The position numbers and the translations under genes were made by a program. The notes beneath the pieces are model-generated. The model searched no databases, had not been told where the DNA came from, and saw nothing but the letters and a program-made list of their open reading frames with translations. A DNA stretch of 62,966 nt, counting the filler, from Reclinomonas americana ATCC 50394 (Eukaryota): assembly GCA_048213135.1 (NCBI GenBank). It is 13 parts of 13 records of this genome, joined end to end, with 100 filler letters (N's around TTAATTAATTAA, not from the genome) between each part and the next. Parts side by side here need not be neighbours in the genome. Positions count along the whole stretch, not along the records: positions 29,080 to 48,201 come from AFZH01020271.1; positions 48,302 to 50,619 come from AFZH01020272.1; 11 more parts are not named here. One strand, written 5' to 3'. Each line of letters opens with the position of its first letter. Position 1 is the first letter of the stretch. Shown piece by piece: positions 39,301 to 50,400 of this stretch.

Positions 39301-42300
39301 CGCGAGGAGGTGTGTGTTGGCGAAAGATGCAAATCGTGACTTGCGGTGGCTAACTCGCGGAGTGATTCTATTTGCAAATTGCAGGACATTAGCCACTCCA
39401 AGAAGGAGAACATTGAGCTCAACAAGTCGCTGTCGGAGAAGGAGAAGCGATTGCAAGAGGAGAAGCGACGCAATGAGGTTGGTGGAAACAAGATGTACAT
39501 TGCAGGTACCGTTGTTGCTCACGCTTGGTGGTGCCGCAGGAACTCAAAAAATCCAAGTACGTGCTCGAGTACCGCAATCAGAATCTTACCAAGCAGGTGG
39601 AGCCGAAGGAGCAGGAGATTCAGCGGCAGCATGCCGAGGTATGCGATGCGCGTAGTGTGTGGCTGTGACGATGGTGGTCTGACTGAGTGGCGCGCAGATT
39701 TTGAAGATGGGTCAGGACTTTGAGATGCTGGCGAAGCAAAAGGACGCCATCAAGCAGCTGGCGGAGGATGCGAAGGTGAGCGGACAGATAGGGGAGGGGG
39801 TAGAATGGGAGAAGAGGGTGAAGGGGAGGGGGTGAAGGGGAGGGGTTGACGGTGAAGGGAAAGGGTTAAGAAAGAGTGAGACACTGATCACACGCACACA
39901 CCGATCAAGTGTAGAGGGTTGAGGAGAGACACTGTTCACACACATACACCGATCAAGTGTTGAGGATGGAGGGGAGACAATGATTGCACGCACACACTGA
40001 TCAAGGGTCGAGGGTGGAGGAGAGACACTGATCACACACATCGATCAAGGGTTGAGGGTGAAGAGAGGCAGAGGAGAGACACACTGATTGTACGCACCAA
40101 TCAAGGGGTGAAGGTGGCAGAGAGACATTGATTGCATGCACACACCGATATAGGGTTGAGGGTGGAGGAGAGGCACTGACCACACGCGCATCGGTCAAGG
40201 GTCAAGGGTGGAGAGAGACAGTGATTGCACGCACATACCGATCAAGGGTCGAGGGTGGAGAGAGACACTAATTGCATGCACACACGCCGATCAAGGGTAG
40301 AGGGTGGAGAGAGACACTGATTGCACAAACACACCTTTCATGGGTCAATATCACTATTCACTCACTCATCGCCTCTCGTGCAGTTGAAGTACAAGTCCTG
40401 CAAGGCCGAGCTGCGCAACGTGCAACGCAAGGTTGGTGATTATTTGCAAGTCGCGTGCTTGTGCTCCCTGCTGACTTTTCCATCGTAGTTGCAAGATTTT
40501 GAGACGTTCCGGCAGCGCTTCCGTCACGACCTCAACGAGGTTCTTGAGCACTTCCAGCAGCCGAAGGAGCTGAAGGTTTGGTGGCATGCTGTCGAGTCAC
40601 AGATGTACTGGTGTTGACGTGTACACAGGAATCTGTGCGCTCGTTTGCGAGTCGGTACTTGGCGGAGAATCTGGGTGACGATGATGCGCAGTTGGCGAGT
40701 GAGAAGGGTGAGTGGTGGTGGATTGAAGAGAATCGTGCAAAGTGCAGTAATTTCACCTTCACCTTCCACAACAGATCCGGTGGAGCACGAACAACTGCGC
40801 CATCGCGAGCACTTGGAGAAGCAGGTATCGACGCTCAAGAAGAAGCTGGAGAAGGATGTGGAGGTGCAAAAGGCGGAGAATGTGCGCATGTTGCAAGAGA
40901 ATGTGACGCTGCTCAAGTTTCGTCCTCGCGACTCGCCTCTGCTCGTTCCCTAGTCTCTTCTCATCTTCATCTCCGTGCAGGCAAATCAATCACTTGCGGA
41001 GACAACTGCGCATGTCCAAGCCCGATGGGCAGGGTTTGCCAACTGCGTCGTCCAGTAAGCCCTCGGCGCCGGCGGGAGTGACGATGGCGAATCCGCTGAA
41101 GGTATGTATTTGCGTGTGCTTTCCTTTGCTTGCAGTGTGCTGACGCGCGCGTGTACGACAGAACGAGCGCACGGCCAAGGAGATTGAGCTGCAGAGGCTG
41201 GAGATTCAGCGACTGCGGAAACGAGTCGAGGAGTTGGAGGCGATTGCATTCATACCGCGACCGTTGTCGCGGGATCGGTTGCCGCCGATGGATAGGTGCG
41301 GCGGTGTGGAAGGAGGAGAAGGGGAAGGGGCTAAAGGAGAAGGGTGGGGTTAAAGGGGAAGGGAAGGACTAAAGGAGAAGGAGGAAGAGGAAAAGGAGAA
41401 GGGAGGAGTTAAAGGAGAAGGGAGGGGTTAAAGGAGAAGGGTGGGTTTAAAGGAGAAGGGTGGGGTTAAAAGGAGAAGGGTGGGTTAAAGGAGAAGGGTG
41501 GGTATAAAGGAGAAGGAGGGAAAGGAGAAGGAGGGGTTAAAGGAGAAGGGTGGGGCTAAAGGAGAAGGGTGGGGTTAAAGGAGAAGGGTGGGGTTAAAGG
41601 AGAAGGGAGGGGCTAAAGGAGAAGGGTGGGGCATAAGGAGAAGGGTGAGGTTACAGGAGAAGGGTGGGGTTAAAGGGGAAGGAGGGGTTGAAAGGAGAAG
41701 GGTGGGACTAAAGGAGAAGGGTGGAGCTATAGGAGAAGGGTGGGGCTATAGGAGAATGGTGGGGTTAAAAAGAGAAGGGCGGGGAAATAAGGGGCGTGAA
41801 GAGGAGAGCAGGGAAAGGCAAAAGAAGAAGAGAGACGAAAGAGAAGGAAAGACAATGAAACGAGAGTGTGTGAGCGAACAGGAGTTGGATGAGAAGAAAC
41901 GTTTGACCATGTTGGTGAAGTAGCGAGAATACTGAGTGGGGCGAGCGAGTATTTGAGAGAGGTGTGTGTGGAAATTATTGAAATAAAGGAAAGAAGAAGT
42001 GAGGAGAATGTGAGAGGAAGTGGGGAAAGAGGGCAGAGAAGCAGAAGTAGAAAGAGACGGTGAGTGATTGGTTGTGGAGCGAGGTGCAGGAAGATAAGTT
42101 TGAGTAGAAGATGAGGAAGAGGAAGGAGGAGTAAACGGTGGAGAAGAGGATGAGGAAAAGAGACAGGAGAAGAAAATTGCAAGATGAATGATGCATTGGG
42201 AGACAGGAATGAGGATAGAAAGAGTGTGTATTTCGCTGGGGATCTTGAGGGTAGAAGCACCTTTTAAGAGTACATGCACGGATGGCAGTTCATTCGTCTC

Positions 42301-42434
42301 GCACTTGCTCTCTTCTCCTTATTTGCTGCCGCTTGTTGCTGACTGATGTCGCTCCATGGCTGCACAGCAGCGACTATGTTGGCGCTTCGGGTTCCGGCGC
42401 GGGTGTCTCTTCCACAGCCACGTCGGCGCGCTGA
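30231..42434 (+). CDS. CFAP57: Cilia- and flagella-associated protein 57 (WD40 repeats plus C-terminal coiled coil); last exon tentative
   Basis: The start reads MTASLAQASEQTSLL|NIFGFDPHVKNGCFYVSENQVVY. The hallmark [31 protein letters not shown] and [28 protein letters not shown] are present, as are ELKKSKYVLEYR, ENVRMLQENVTLLK|QINHLRR and RPLSRDRLPPMD. A donor follows at 41295, with a probable final exon at 42368-42434. Confidence 0.93.
39880..40330 (+). repeat. Intronic ~45-bp degenerate tandem repeat (CCGATCAAGGGTCGAGGGTGGAGAGAGACACTGATTGCACGCACA)
   Basis: About 10 units within a CFAP57 intron. Confidence 0.85.
41330..41770 (+). repeat. G-rich ~19-bp tandem repeat (AAAGGAGAAGGGTGGGGTT)
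   Basis: Tandem array immediately after the donor at 41295. Confidence 0.9.
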
Positions 42435-42538
42435 GAGCGTTTTGTGTAGAACCACTCGAATGATAAAAATGTATGCGTGTGTGTGACTTCTGCATGATCT
42501 GCCATGAGTGCACCAATCAACCCTTCTCTCTTCCGAGT

Positions 42539-45500
42539 CTATAATTTCGCGGCGGGCTCTAATCTCCCCACTTCCAACTCTGCCAGCATGTCATGCAGCG
42601 ACACGGCATGCACCACGCGTGGTGGCGACTGCCGTCTCTCCAGCAACGAAGCGAGGCCGCGACGCGCATCTTGCACAAGTTGTCGCTCCACATCAAACTC
42701 GTCTTCGAGGTCGTCCTTCTCGTTCAGCACCATGTGGCGGACCGCAATTGTCGCATCTCGGAGCGAATCGTCGCCGTCGATGACCAGCACATCACGCGAG
42801 CGCCAGCCATCCGCGTCGTGAAAGATGAAGCGACGAGGTGGTGCGGTGGGTTCTGGAGGAGGTGGTGGCGGAAGTGCGACAGCAGCACTGTGACGAATGC
42901 GGAAGCGGGCTGCAATGTTGCGCATGACGGAGAAAGCTCGCGAAAAGAGATGTGAGGCGCTGCGTTGAATGGCGGGTGGTAGAGGCAGCGGTCTGGGAGA
43001 TGAAAGAGGATGAGGATTAGGGAGAATTAAGTGCAATTGCTTGATGACTAACTTGCGCACGAGGTAGTCCGGGTTCCGCTGCGTCTTCAGCTCATTCACC
43101 ACCGTTTCGCTGCAAAACGTGGTCAGCGATAAAGAGTTGTGAAGAACGGTCAGCGATAATGAGATGTAAAGAACAGTCAGCGAGAAAGAGATGTGACGGT
43201 CAGCGATCAAGAGATGTGAAGAACAGTCAGCGATAGAGATGTGAAGAACGGTCAGCGATCAAGACGTGAAAACGGCCAGTGATCAAGAGATGTGAAGAAC
43301 AGTCAGATATGAGATGTGAAGAACAGCCAGCGATCAAGAGATGTGAAGAACGGTCAGCGATCAAGAGACGAAGAACGGTAAGCGACAAAGAGATGTGAAG
43401 AACAGTTAGCGATAGAGATGTAATGAACGGTAAGCGACAAAAAGAGGTGAAGAACGATCAGCGATCAAGAGATGTGAAGAACGGCCAGCGATCAAGAGAT
43501 GTGAAGAACAGTCAGCGGTCAAGAGATGTGAATGACAGTCAGCGAGAAAGAGACGTGACGGTCAGCGATCAAGAGATGTGAGGAACAGTCAGCGATCAAG
43601 AGATGTGAAGAACAGTTAGCGATAGAGATGTAAAGAACGGTAAGCGACAAGAGAGGTGAAGAACGGTAAGCGGTCAAGAGATGTGAATGACAGGGGATGC
43701 GGACGCACCGATCGAGAAAGTGCGTGGCGGTGCCGGAAGAACCTGCGCGAGGCGGGGAACAGCGTGGGTCATCCGAAAACAAACAAACACTGCATTTGCC
43801 ACATTCTAACAGCGTGACAAATATCCACAACTCCTCACTCACCAACACGAAAGAGTCCGTTGCGCAGCTCAATGGAGACGCCGTTGTGAGCCATGAAATC
43901 GATGCCGAGAATGAAATCCACCGTGGCATCTGCAGGCAAGGTGAGCACATGTGAGGCAGAGGGGCGCAGTGTTTGCACACCTTCCATGACGGTCAGCGAT
44001 GCGTCGAATTTCTCGCCGCCGATCTCCACGAGGATGCGGTGGATGCGGCCGTAGGACTACACAAGTGAACGAGACAGTGAGGGAAAGGGAGTTGGAGAGT
44101 GGAAGAGAGAGTGAGGGAAATGGGTGTGAGACAGTGGAATAGAGAGTGAGGATAAGGGGGTGGGAGGATGACTGAGAGAGTGAGGGAAAGGAGATAAGAG
44201 GGCGGAAGAGAGAGTGAGGGAAAGGGGTAAGAGGGTGGAAGAAAGAGTGAGGGAGAGGTGAGAAAGCGGACGAGAGGGTGGAAGAGAGAGTGAGGGAAAT
44301 CGGGTAAGAGAGTGGAAGAGAGAGTGAGGGAGAGGTGAGAGATTGGATTGCTGCAACTGTAGGAAGTGCAAGAAGAACATTGTGCAACACCACAGTCGCA
44401 AAACTACAACTAATGCTCTGTTCGCTCATCTGCCAATGATTGAATGTAGCGAATGCGTCCAGGAGACGTGCGTGCCGAGTAGAAACGAATGTATGAATGA
44501 CGCAACATGCTTCGCTCCTTCGTGAATGCCTTCGACTTGCACGCGCTGTGGGAATGAGAACACGGTTATAGAAACTAGCAGAAGACACCTCAAGGAAGGT
44601 TGCATGGACGACGGCGATGACGATGAAGAAGAAAGTGGATGAAGAGAATGATGACGAGGAGTCCGTCGATAATGACAACGACGACAAGGACGATGGTTCA
44701 GGACATCACTGAAGACGACAGCAACAACAACAACGAAAACGACGACAAAGAAATCAACACGAAGGGTGGATACAAGGAGAGTGGAGACACGCCACTACGT
44801 TGGGATGCAGGCGCAAAGCGACGAAACTAAGCACAAGCACAGAGAATGAAAGTTTTGATGCGAGTGAGAGAGGGAGACAGCATCGGTGCTCTGTCTCTAT
44901 TCTCCTGCAACTTCATCTCTTCCTCTCTCGTGCCCTTAACGCCTGGCACATCTCCTGCCTCAAGCATCTTGCATCTCTCTCCGTTTGCACTCTCCTCTTC
45001 AACAAGTCTCAAGCATCTTGTTTCGCCTGGCTATCACTCCCCGTCTCTCTATCCCGCTCTGTCACTCTCCTCCGCCTCCAATCTTCAGAAACTTTCACTG
45101 TGCCTCCTGTCTACCCGACATCTCCAGCATCTCTCTGTCTCTCTTTCTCACTGCTTTTCACACTTCCTCAGCGGTGCAGCGCTTCTCCTGCCTCTCCTAC
45201 ATCTCTCTCACTCTTATCTCTCTCGCATCTCTATCCCCTGCATCTTCTCTCTTTCAACGCAACATGCGACGAATCCACCAAATGCAACAATCCCAGCCGC
45301 ATCACAAAGCGCAGTGAGCACACCGACATACCCGCACCCGTGTCGATAAACACACTGCAAACACACAATCAATCAAGCACACAAACAAAGAGAGAGAGAG
45401 AGGAGTGAAGGAATGCATTCGGATTACCTTGTGTTGTCTCTCTCACACACGAGAGACAGAGAAAGAGAGAGAGAGAGCGAGTGGAGGGTGAAGGACTGCA

Positions 45501-45710
45501 TTCGGATTACACCTTGCTGTCTCCCTCACACACTCAGTCACTCTCTCTCTCTCTGTCTCTCTCACACACACACACTCTCTCTCTCACTCACTCCGCCCAG
45601 CATGTGACTTACCGCGTTGCTCTCCCAGCTAATCTACAGTTAACAAACAGCGCAGGCACGCTGACATCGAAGCCGCGATGCTCATCAATGAGCACAGAAG
45701 GTGTGCTCAT
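42539..45710 (-). CDS. DDI1/NRIP3-like retropepsin-type aspartyl protease, lacking a UBL domain, with a C-terminal extension
   Basis: Spliced: MSTPSVLIDEHRGFDVSVPALFVNCRLAGRATR|VFIDTGAGMSVCSLRFVMRLGLLHLVDSSH|RVQVEGIHEGAKH|SYGRIHRILVEIGGEKFDASLTVME|DATVDFILGIDFMAHNGVSIELRNGLFRV|GSSGTATHFLDR. This matches the DDI1 protease layout (D[TS]GA ... LG.D). There is an in-frame stop just upstream of the ATG. Confidence 0.85.
43120..43690 (+). repeat. Intronic ~27-bp tandem repeat (CAGCGATCAAGAGATGTGAAGAACGGT)
   Basis: About 20 units filling the retropepsin intron at 43111-43706. Confidence 0.92.
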
Positions 45711-46371
45711 CTTTCGTCAACGAAATGCAAAGTCGAGGATGTCCTGCTGTGTCCCTGCGTGATAAGCACCGCCGTGGTGGAGTTCGTGAGGTGGACGGCG
45801 AGTGAGAAGAGGTATGGAAAGAGCGCTGGTTTGTGAGCGACGAGAAGCAATGATCCGAGAAAACGTCGACAAGCTGTGATCGCTGTGAGACGAGGGCGCT
45901 GAACGAAAACTCGCGTGTAGACACTTTCCCTAGTGTATACTAGCGTGTCTCCACAATCAGGACCGTGCAGCTGCGGCTTCCAGAATGCAAAAGCAGCAAC
46001 GTCGCAAAATAAATTATATCGAACTTCGGCTTCGTCGAGCTGCTTCACTTCATTGCCACTGCGCGCCCGGCAAGTACAGAGCAGAGCCAGCAGATACACA
46101 TGTGCACTTGGTCTTCTCCGAGAAGTTGAACGTCGACCAGTGAAAATTCACTTGTTGGGAGTCATTCAAACAAATCAAAAGCGACTGTGACGACGAGTTG
46201 CAGTTGACGTTGGGTGTGGATCAACACGCGTGCGACTGTGAGCAATCAAGAGAAAGAGCGACACAGGAAAATAGAGAAGAGCGCGCGTGTTGTGTCAACG
46301 ATCACTGTCGGATTGTCCGACCTTTTTGGGCTTGTGAAAGAACGGGCGCGTGTTTCTCTGTTTGTTGAGAG

Positions 46372-48201
46372 ATGGCGTCGATGACGACGTTGTTTACGGT
46401 GCCGGCGTCGAAGCTGTTGGATCATCAGCGCAGTGAGGATTTCCATGCTGAGTGTGCGCCGGGAAGGAAGGTGAGGAGAAGGGGAGGAGAAGGAGAGGGG
46501 GAGGAGAAGGAGAGGAGAAGGAGAGGAGAAGGGGAGGAGAAGGAGAGGAGAAGGAGAGGAGAGGGGGAGGAGAAGGCGAGGGGAAGGCGAGGAGAGGGCG
46601 AGGAGAGGGCGAGGAGAAGGGGAGGAGAAGGGGAGGAGAAGGAGAGGAGAAGGAGAGGAGAGGGGGAAGAGAAGGCGAGGTGAAGGAGAGGAGAAGGGGA
46701 AGGAGAAAAGGAGAATGGGAAGGGGAGACAGGGGAGGAGAAGGAGAGCGAGGAACAAAGCGATAAGAGCGATCGCTGAGTGTTGAGAGCGATCGTTGAGT
46801 GATGTGAGAGAGATGATTGAGCGAAGAAGCGATGATTGAGTGAGTGAGGGAGTTACGGTGATCGCTCTTTTCTTCACGCAGTCTCTCACCCACTCAATCT
46901 CCGCCTCCTTTTCCTCTCCTTCTCGTTCATCGCTTCACATCTTGGCGCGATGGAGCGACGAGAGTGAACGAGAGAGCGATGAGAGAGCGGTCGGATGTGG
47001 TAAAGAGAGGGCGATGTAGATTTCGCTGACATGATGGGTGGTCAGTGTGATGCGGGAGGAAAAAGGAGCGAGTGAGCGATCACGAGATGATGGAAGGGCG
47101 ATGAGAGGGCGAAGAGAAAAATGGAGGATGCGAGGAAACGATGGAGAAGAGTGTGATCGCGATAATTCAGTGAAGGAGCGAGAGAGCGATGCGAAGAAGA
47201 CGAAGAAGCAAAGAGAACAACGCATGTGACACGGCATTGAGCAGTGATGAGCAGAGAGAGAGGGTGCTTTGACACAGCGAACTGAGAAAGATCAGGGACT
47301 GATAAGCGAGCGACGAGGAAGTGATGAGATGAACGGAGGTAATACAAGAGGGAGCGATGAGTGTAATCGAGTCGTGAAGGGAAGAGAGGGAGAGTGGCGG
47401 TGAGAGGAAGAAGCTTGTTTTTGTTGCTTCGTGATGGAGGATGGTGAGAGAAGGAAAAACTTCGACAAGAGAGAAACATAAACCATGGCGGTGGAGAAGT
47501 GAGGATATGGGAGAGAGAGATAGATGAGTGTGATCGAGGAATGCAGTGGAGATTGCAAGGATGCGATTGTTCGTGTTGAGGAGGAGAGAAGAGCAATGAC
47601 CTTTTGGAGAGCGCGATCGATCGCGATGAAGCGAAGAGACAGGCGGGCAAGACAGTCATTCACGATATTCTCCTTCCCCCTCCACAGGTGCCCACCATGC
47701 CCGCATACTCCACCGCCGACATGCAGCACTTTTCTTCCTCGCGCGATCCGCGTCACGCCAACATTCCGCACGGACCCGACAAACTCGAGCCGGGAGTGGT
47801 GGCGCAGCGCACTCGCATCTATGCGTTGCGTCCATTTTCCACACTCGGCATCTCCTGCGCGTCCTTGCTGATCTCTTGGTGTGTGCAGTCGAAAGGCAGG
47901 CCGTCGCGGCAAGCCCAAGCTACAGAGTGTGGAACCGGAAGTAATCTACGGTGGAGGCAAGGAGGCGATGCGTTCCAAGCGACGCAAGACTGTGCAGTCG
48001 GTGCGTGCGGATTTCATCTCCACTGCTGTCCTCGTCCGTTGCATCCGTATTTGTCTCAGCCGTATCGTCCTCTTTCACTTCACCCTCCCTCCCTCCCCCT
48101 CCCTTTCCTCTTACTCACCCTTCCCGTATTTGCCGCAGACCGGCAGCGGCGACCCCTCCACCCCCGTCATTGTGGAAATGCGACGCAACCTCACCCTCCC
48201 A
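46372..48201 (+). CDS. Hypothetical protein (four exons, 3' end runs into a gap)
   Basis: Phase-consistent exons read MASMTTLFTVPASKLLDHQRSEDFHAECAPGRK|VPTMPAY...AQRTRIYA|RKAGRRGKPKLQ...KRRKTVQS|TGSGDPSTPVIVEMRRNLTLP. No family recognised. Confidence 0.6.
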
Positions 48202-48333
48202 NNNNNNNNNNNNNNNNNNNNNNNNNNNNNNNNNNNNNNNNNNNNTTAATTAATTAANNNNNNNNNNNNNNNNNNNNNNNNNNNNNNNNNNNNNNNNNNN
48301 NCATACACACGCGCGCGCGCGCATACGGGCAGG

Positions 48334-49935
48334 TCAGTTGCGCCCTGCATTCACTGGTGTTCCGGTGGCGGTGACGGCCTGGCCGGCCGCGTACAGGCGA
48401 TTTGGCGTCGGCGCCCCTGGCGTCGAGTTAGCCACATTGATAGACATGTCGTGCCCCTTGCTGCTGTCGCCGCCGTCGCGTTGGCCGTGACCGTGCCCGT
48501 GCCCGTGCCCACCAGCGCGGCCACCGAGCATGTCCACGCAGAGTCCAGCAAATACCAGCACCGCAGCGCCCCACTGCCATATGTTGAGATGATGGCCAAA
48601 GAGGAGCACTGAGGTGATGATGCCGAAGAACTTGCGAGTGGTGGTGATGGTGGTGCACGTCAGTGGCGAGAACCGGCGAACCACCGTGAAGACGAAGAAT
48701 TGACCAGCGGCGCTGGTGATGGCGAAGCCGAACACGTCCCACAACACGCTGGGGTAGGCCCACGAGAATTGCACGAAGCGAGCCATGTCGCCAGTGACGA
48801 GCGACAGCGGCAGCACAATGACTGCCGACCACGCATTCAACAGGAACATGAGCTGCTGCGAAGAGGGACCATGCGATCCACTCAGCTTGTCCTGCAAGCC
48901 GCCAGTGACGCCGTCCATGGCTAATGAGAAGAACACGAGGAAGAGGCCAAACATGTAGGCCATTGTCTCTGCCGTCGAATCCGCGTCGCTCACAGCGGCG
49001 GCGGCGGCTGCAGCCGCGTGGCCACCCTTGGAGCCACCAGACGACTTGAGCAGCATGAACCCAGAGATGCCGAGTGTCACCATACTGACAGCAACCCACT
49101 TGCGCAGCGGGTACGGCTTGCGGGCAATCAGCGCACCGCCAAGCATCACAGGCACCATCTTGCACGACTTGCCGAGCACCTGAGTCGGGTAGTTGACGAA
49201 ATGCAACGCCAGATTCGACGAGAACATGGCCAAGATGTATGTCAGGGCCATCGGCGCAAACACAGCGTACTTGGCCACACGTGGCGGCAGCAGCGCCAGC
49301 AGACGCGACTTGGGCGGCGGATGTGCCACCACCGGACTGCTGCCTGCATTCTCGTGATCCTCGTGCGGAGTCGGCGATTGTCGCGGATCATGCAACGGCG
49401 GCGACAGCGGCTCGCCCTTCAACATGGTGGCTGCAGCAAAAAAACAACACAAGTCAGTGGGTGCGGTCGCGGAGGGCGAGGGAGTTGCGAGCAAACCGAT
49501 GCCTGCTGCCACCGCGTTGATGATGCTGGAGACCAACAGCAGCGTCAGTGTCGACGAAAATACCGTGTTCTCCTCGCCATACGCCGTCGTGTTACTGCGG
49601 GGGAGAGGAGAGAGTGAGGGACAAGTCCAAGGAGTTTCGCGCGCGCGCGCGCGCTGTGGTTGGGTTTATGCGGCGGCATGCCCAACTCTCGCCCGTCCCC
49701 CTCACTCTCGCCCACGCAACATCTTCTCCTGGAAGAGTCCGTGCAGCAAGTAGAAAAAGTACACGCCGCATGTGCAAAACACCAGCAGCAGAGCTTGTGA
49801 GTTGGCACCACCGCCGCGTCCGGGAGTGCCGCCGCCATCGCTGTTGACAGTGGTCGGAGAGGAGACACGGGAGGTGCTCGATGTACCGCCACCACCACCA
49901 CCACTACTCGTGCCTGTGGCTTCTCGTCGGCGCAT
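48334..49935 (-). CDS. SLC35B1: UAA-family nucleotide-sugar/ATP-ADP transporter (SLC35B1/HUT1-like)
   Basis: Motifs are CGVYFFYLLHGLFQEKI|NTTAYG, SNLALHFVNYPTQVLGKSCKMVPVM, SLAMDGVTGGLQDKL, GQFFVF and TITTTRKFFGII. Introns at 49595-49720 and 49431-49496. Confidence 0.92.
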
Positions 49936-50400
49936 GTTCGTTGGTTGTTTGCGTAATCAACGGGACACGTGGCGTATGAGAAACCAAATTGAAATGCGTT
50001 GAGCTCCTCGCTCGTCGTCCTTTTCCTGAGTGTTGAGTGGGTGAGTGGGGACAGCAGCAGCAGTAGCAGAGCAACAGCGATTGCGCGATCAGCAGAGCCG
50101 TGTGCGCATAAACGTCGCGTGACGTCGACGTCGCATCCTTCTCAGTCTGCGCCGTTCACTGCTGCATCACGTACATCGTACGCGAGAGCTGTGGGAATAG
50201 GTGCGATGCTGACCTCGCAGCTGCTGCAGCGCCAGGTTGATGTTCGATACGTCCTGCGACGTTCAAACGGCCGACGATCAGTCACGCGGCGCGAAACACC
50301 CCCCTTCGCCTCCTGTCGAGAGGATCCTCGCTGACTCACTAGAGAGGGACAGAGGCCACAGCAGCGTGTCGTGTTTTCGCGATCGTCCACTGGCGTCGTC

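Noticed and set aside
45264..45354. Retrotransposon implied by the DTGA protease motif
   Set aside because: There is no gag, RT, integrase or LTR nearby, and the ORF has multiple spliceosomal introns and DDI1-like context.
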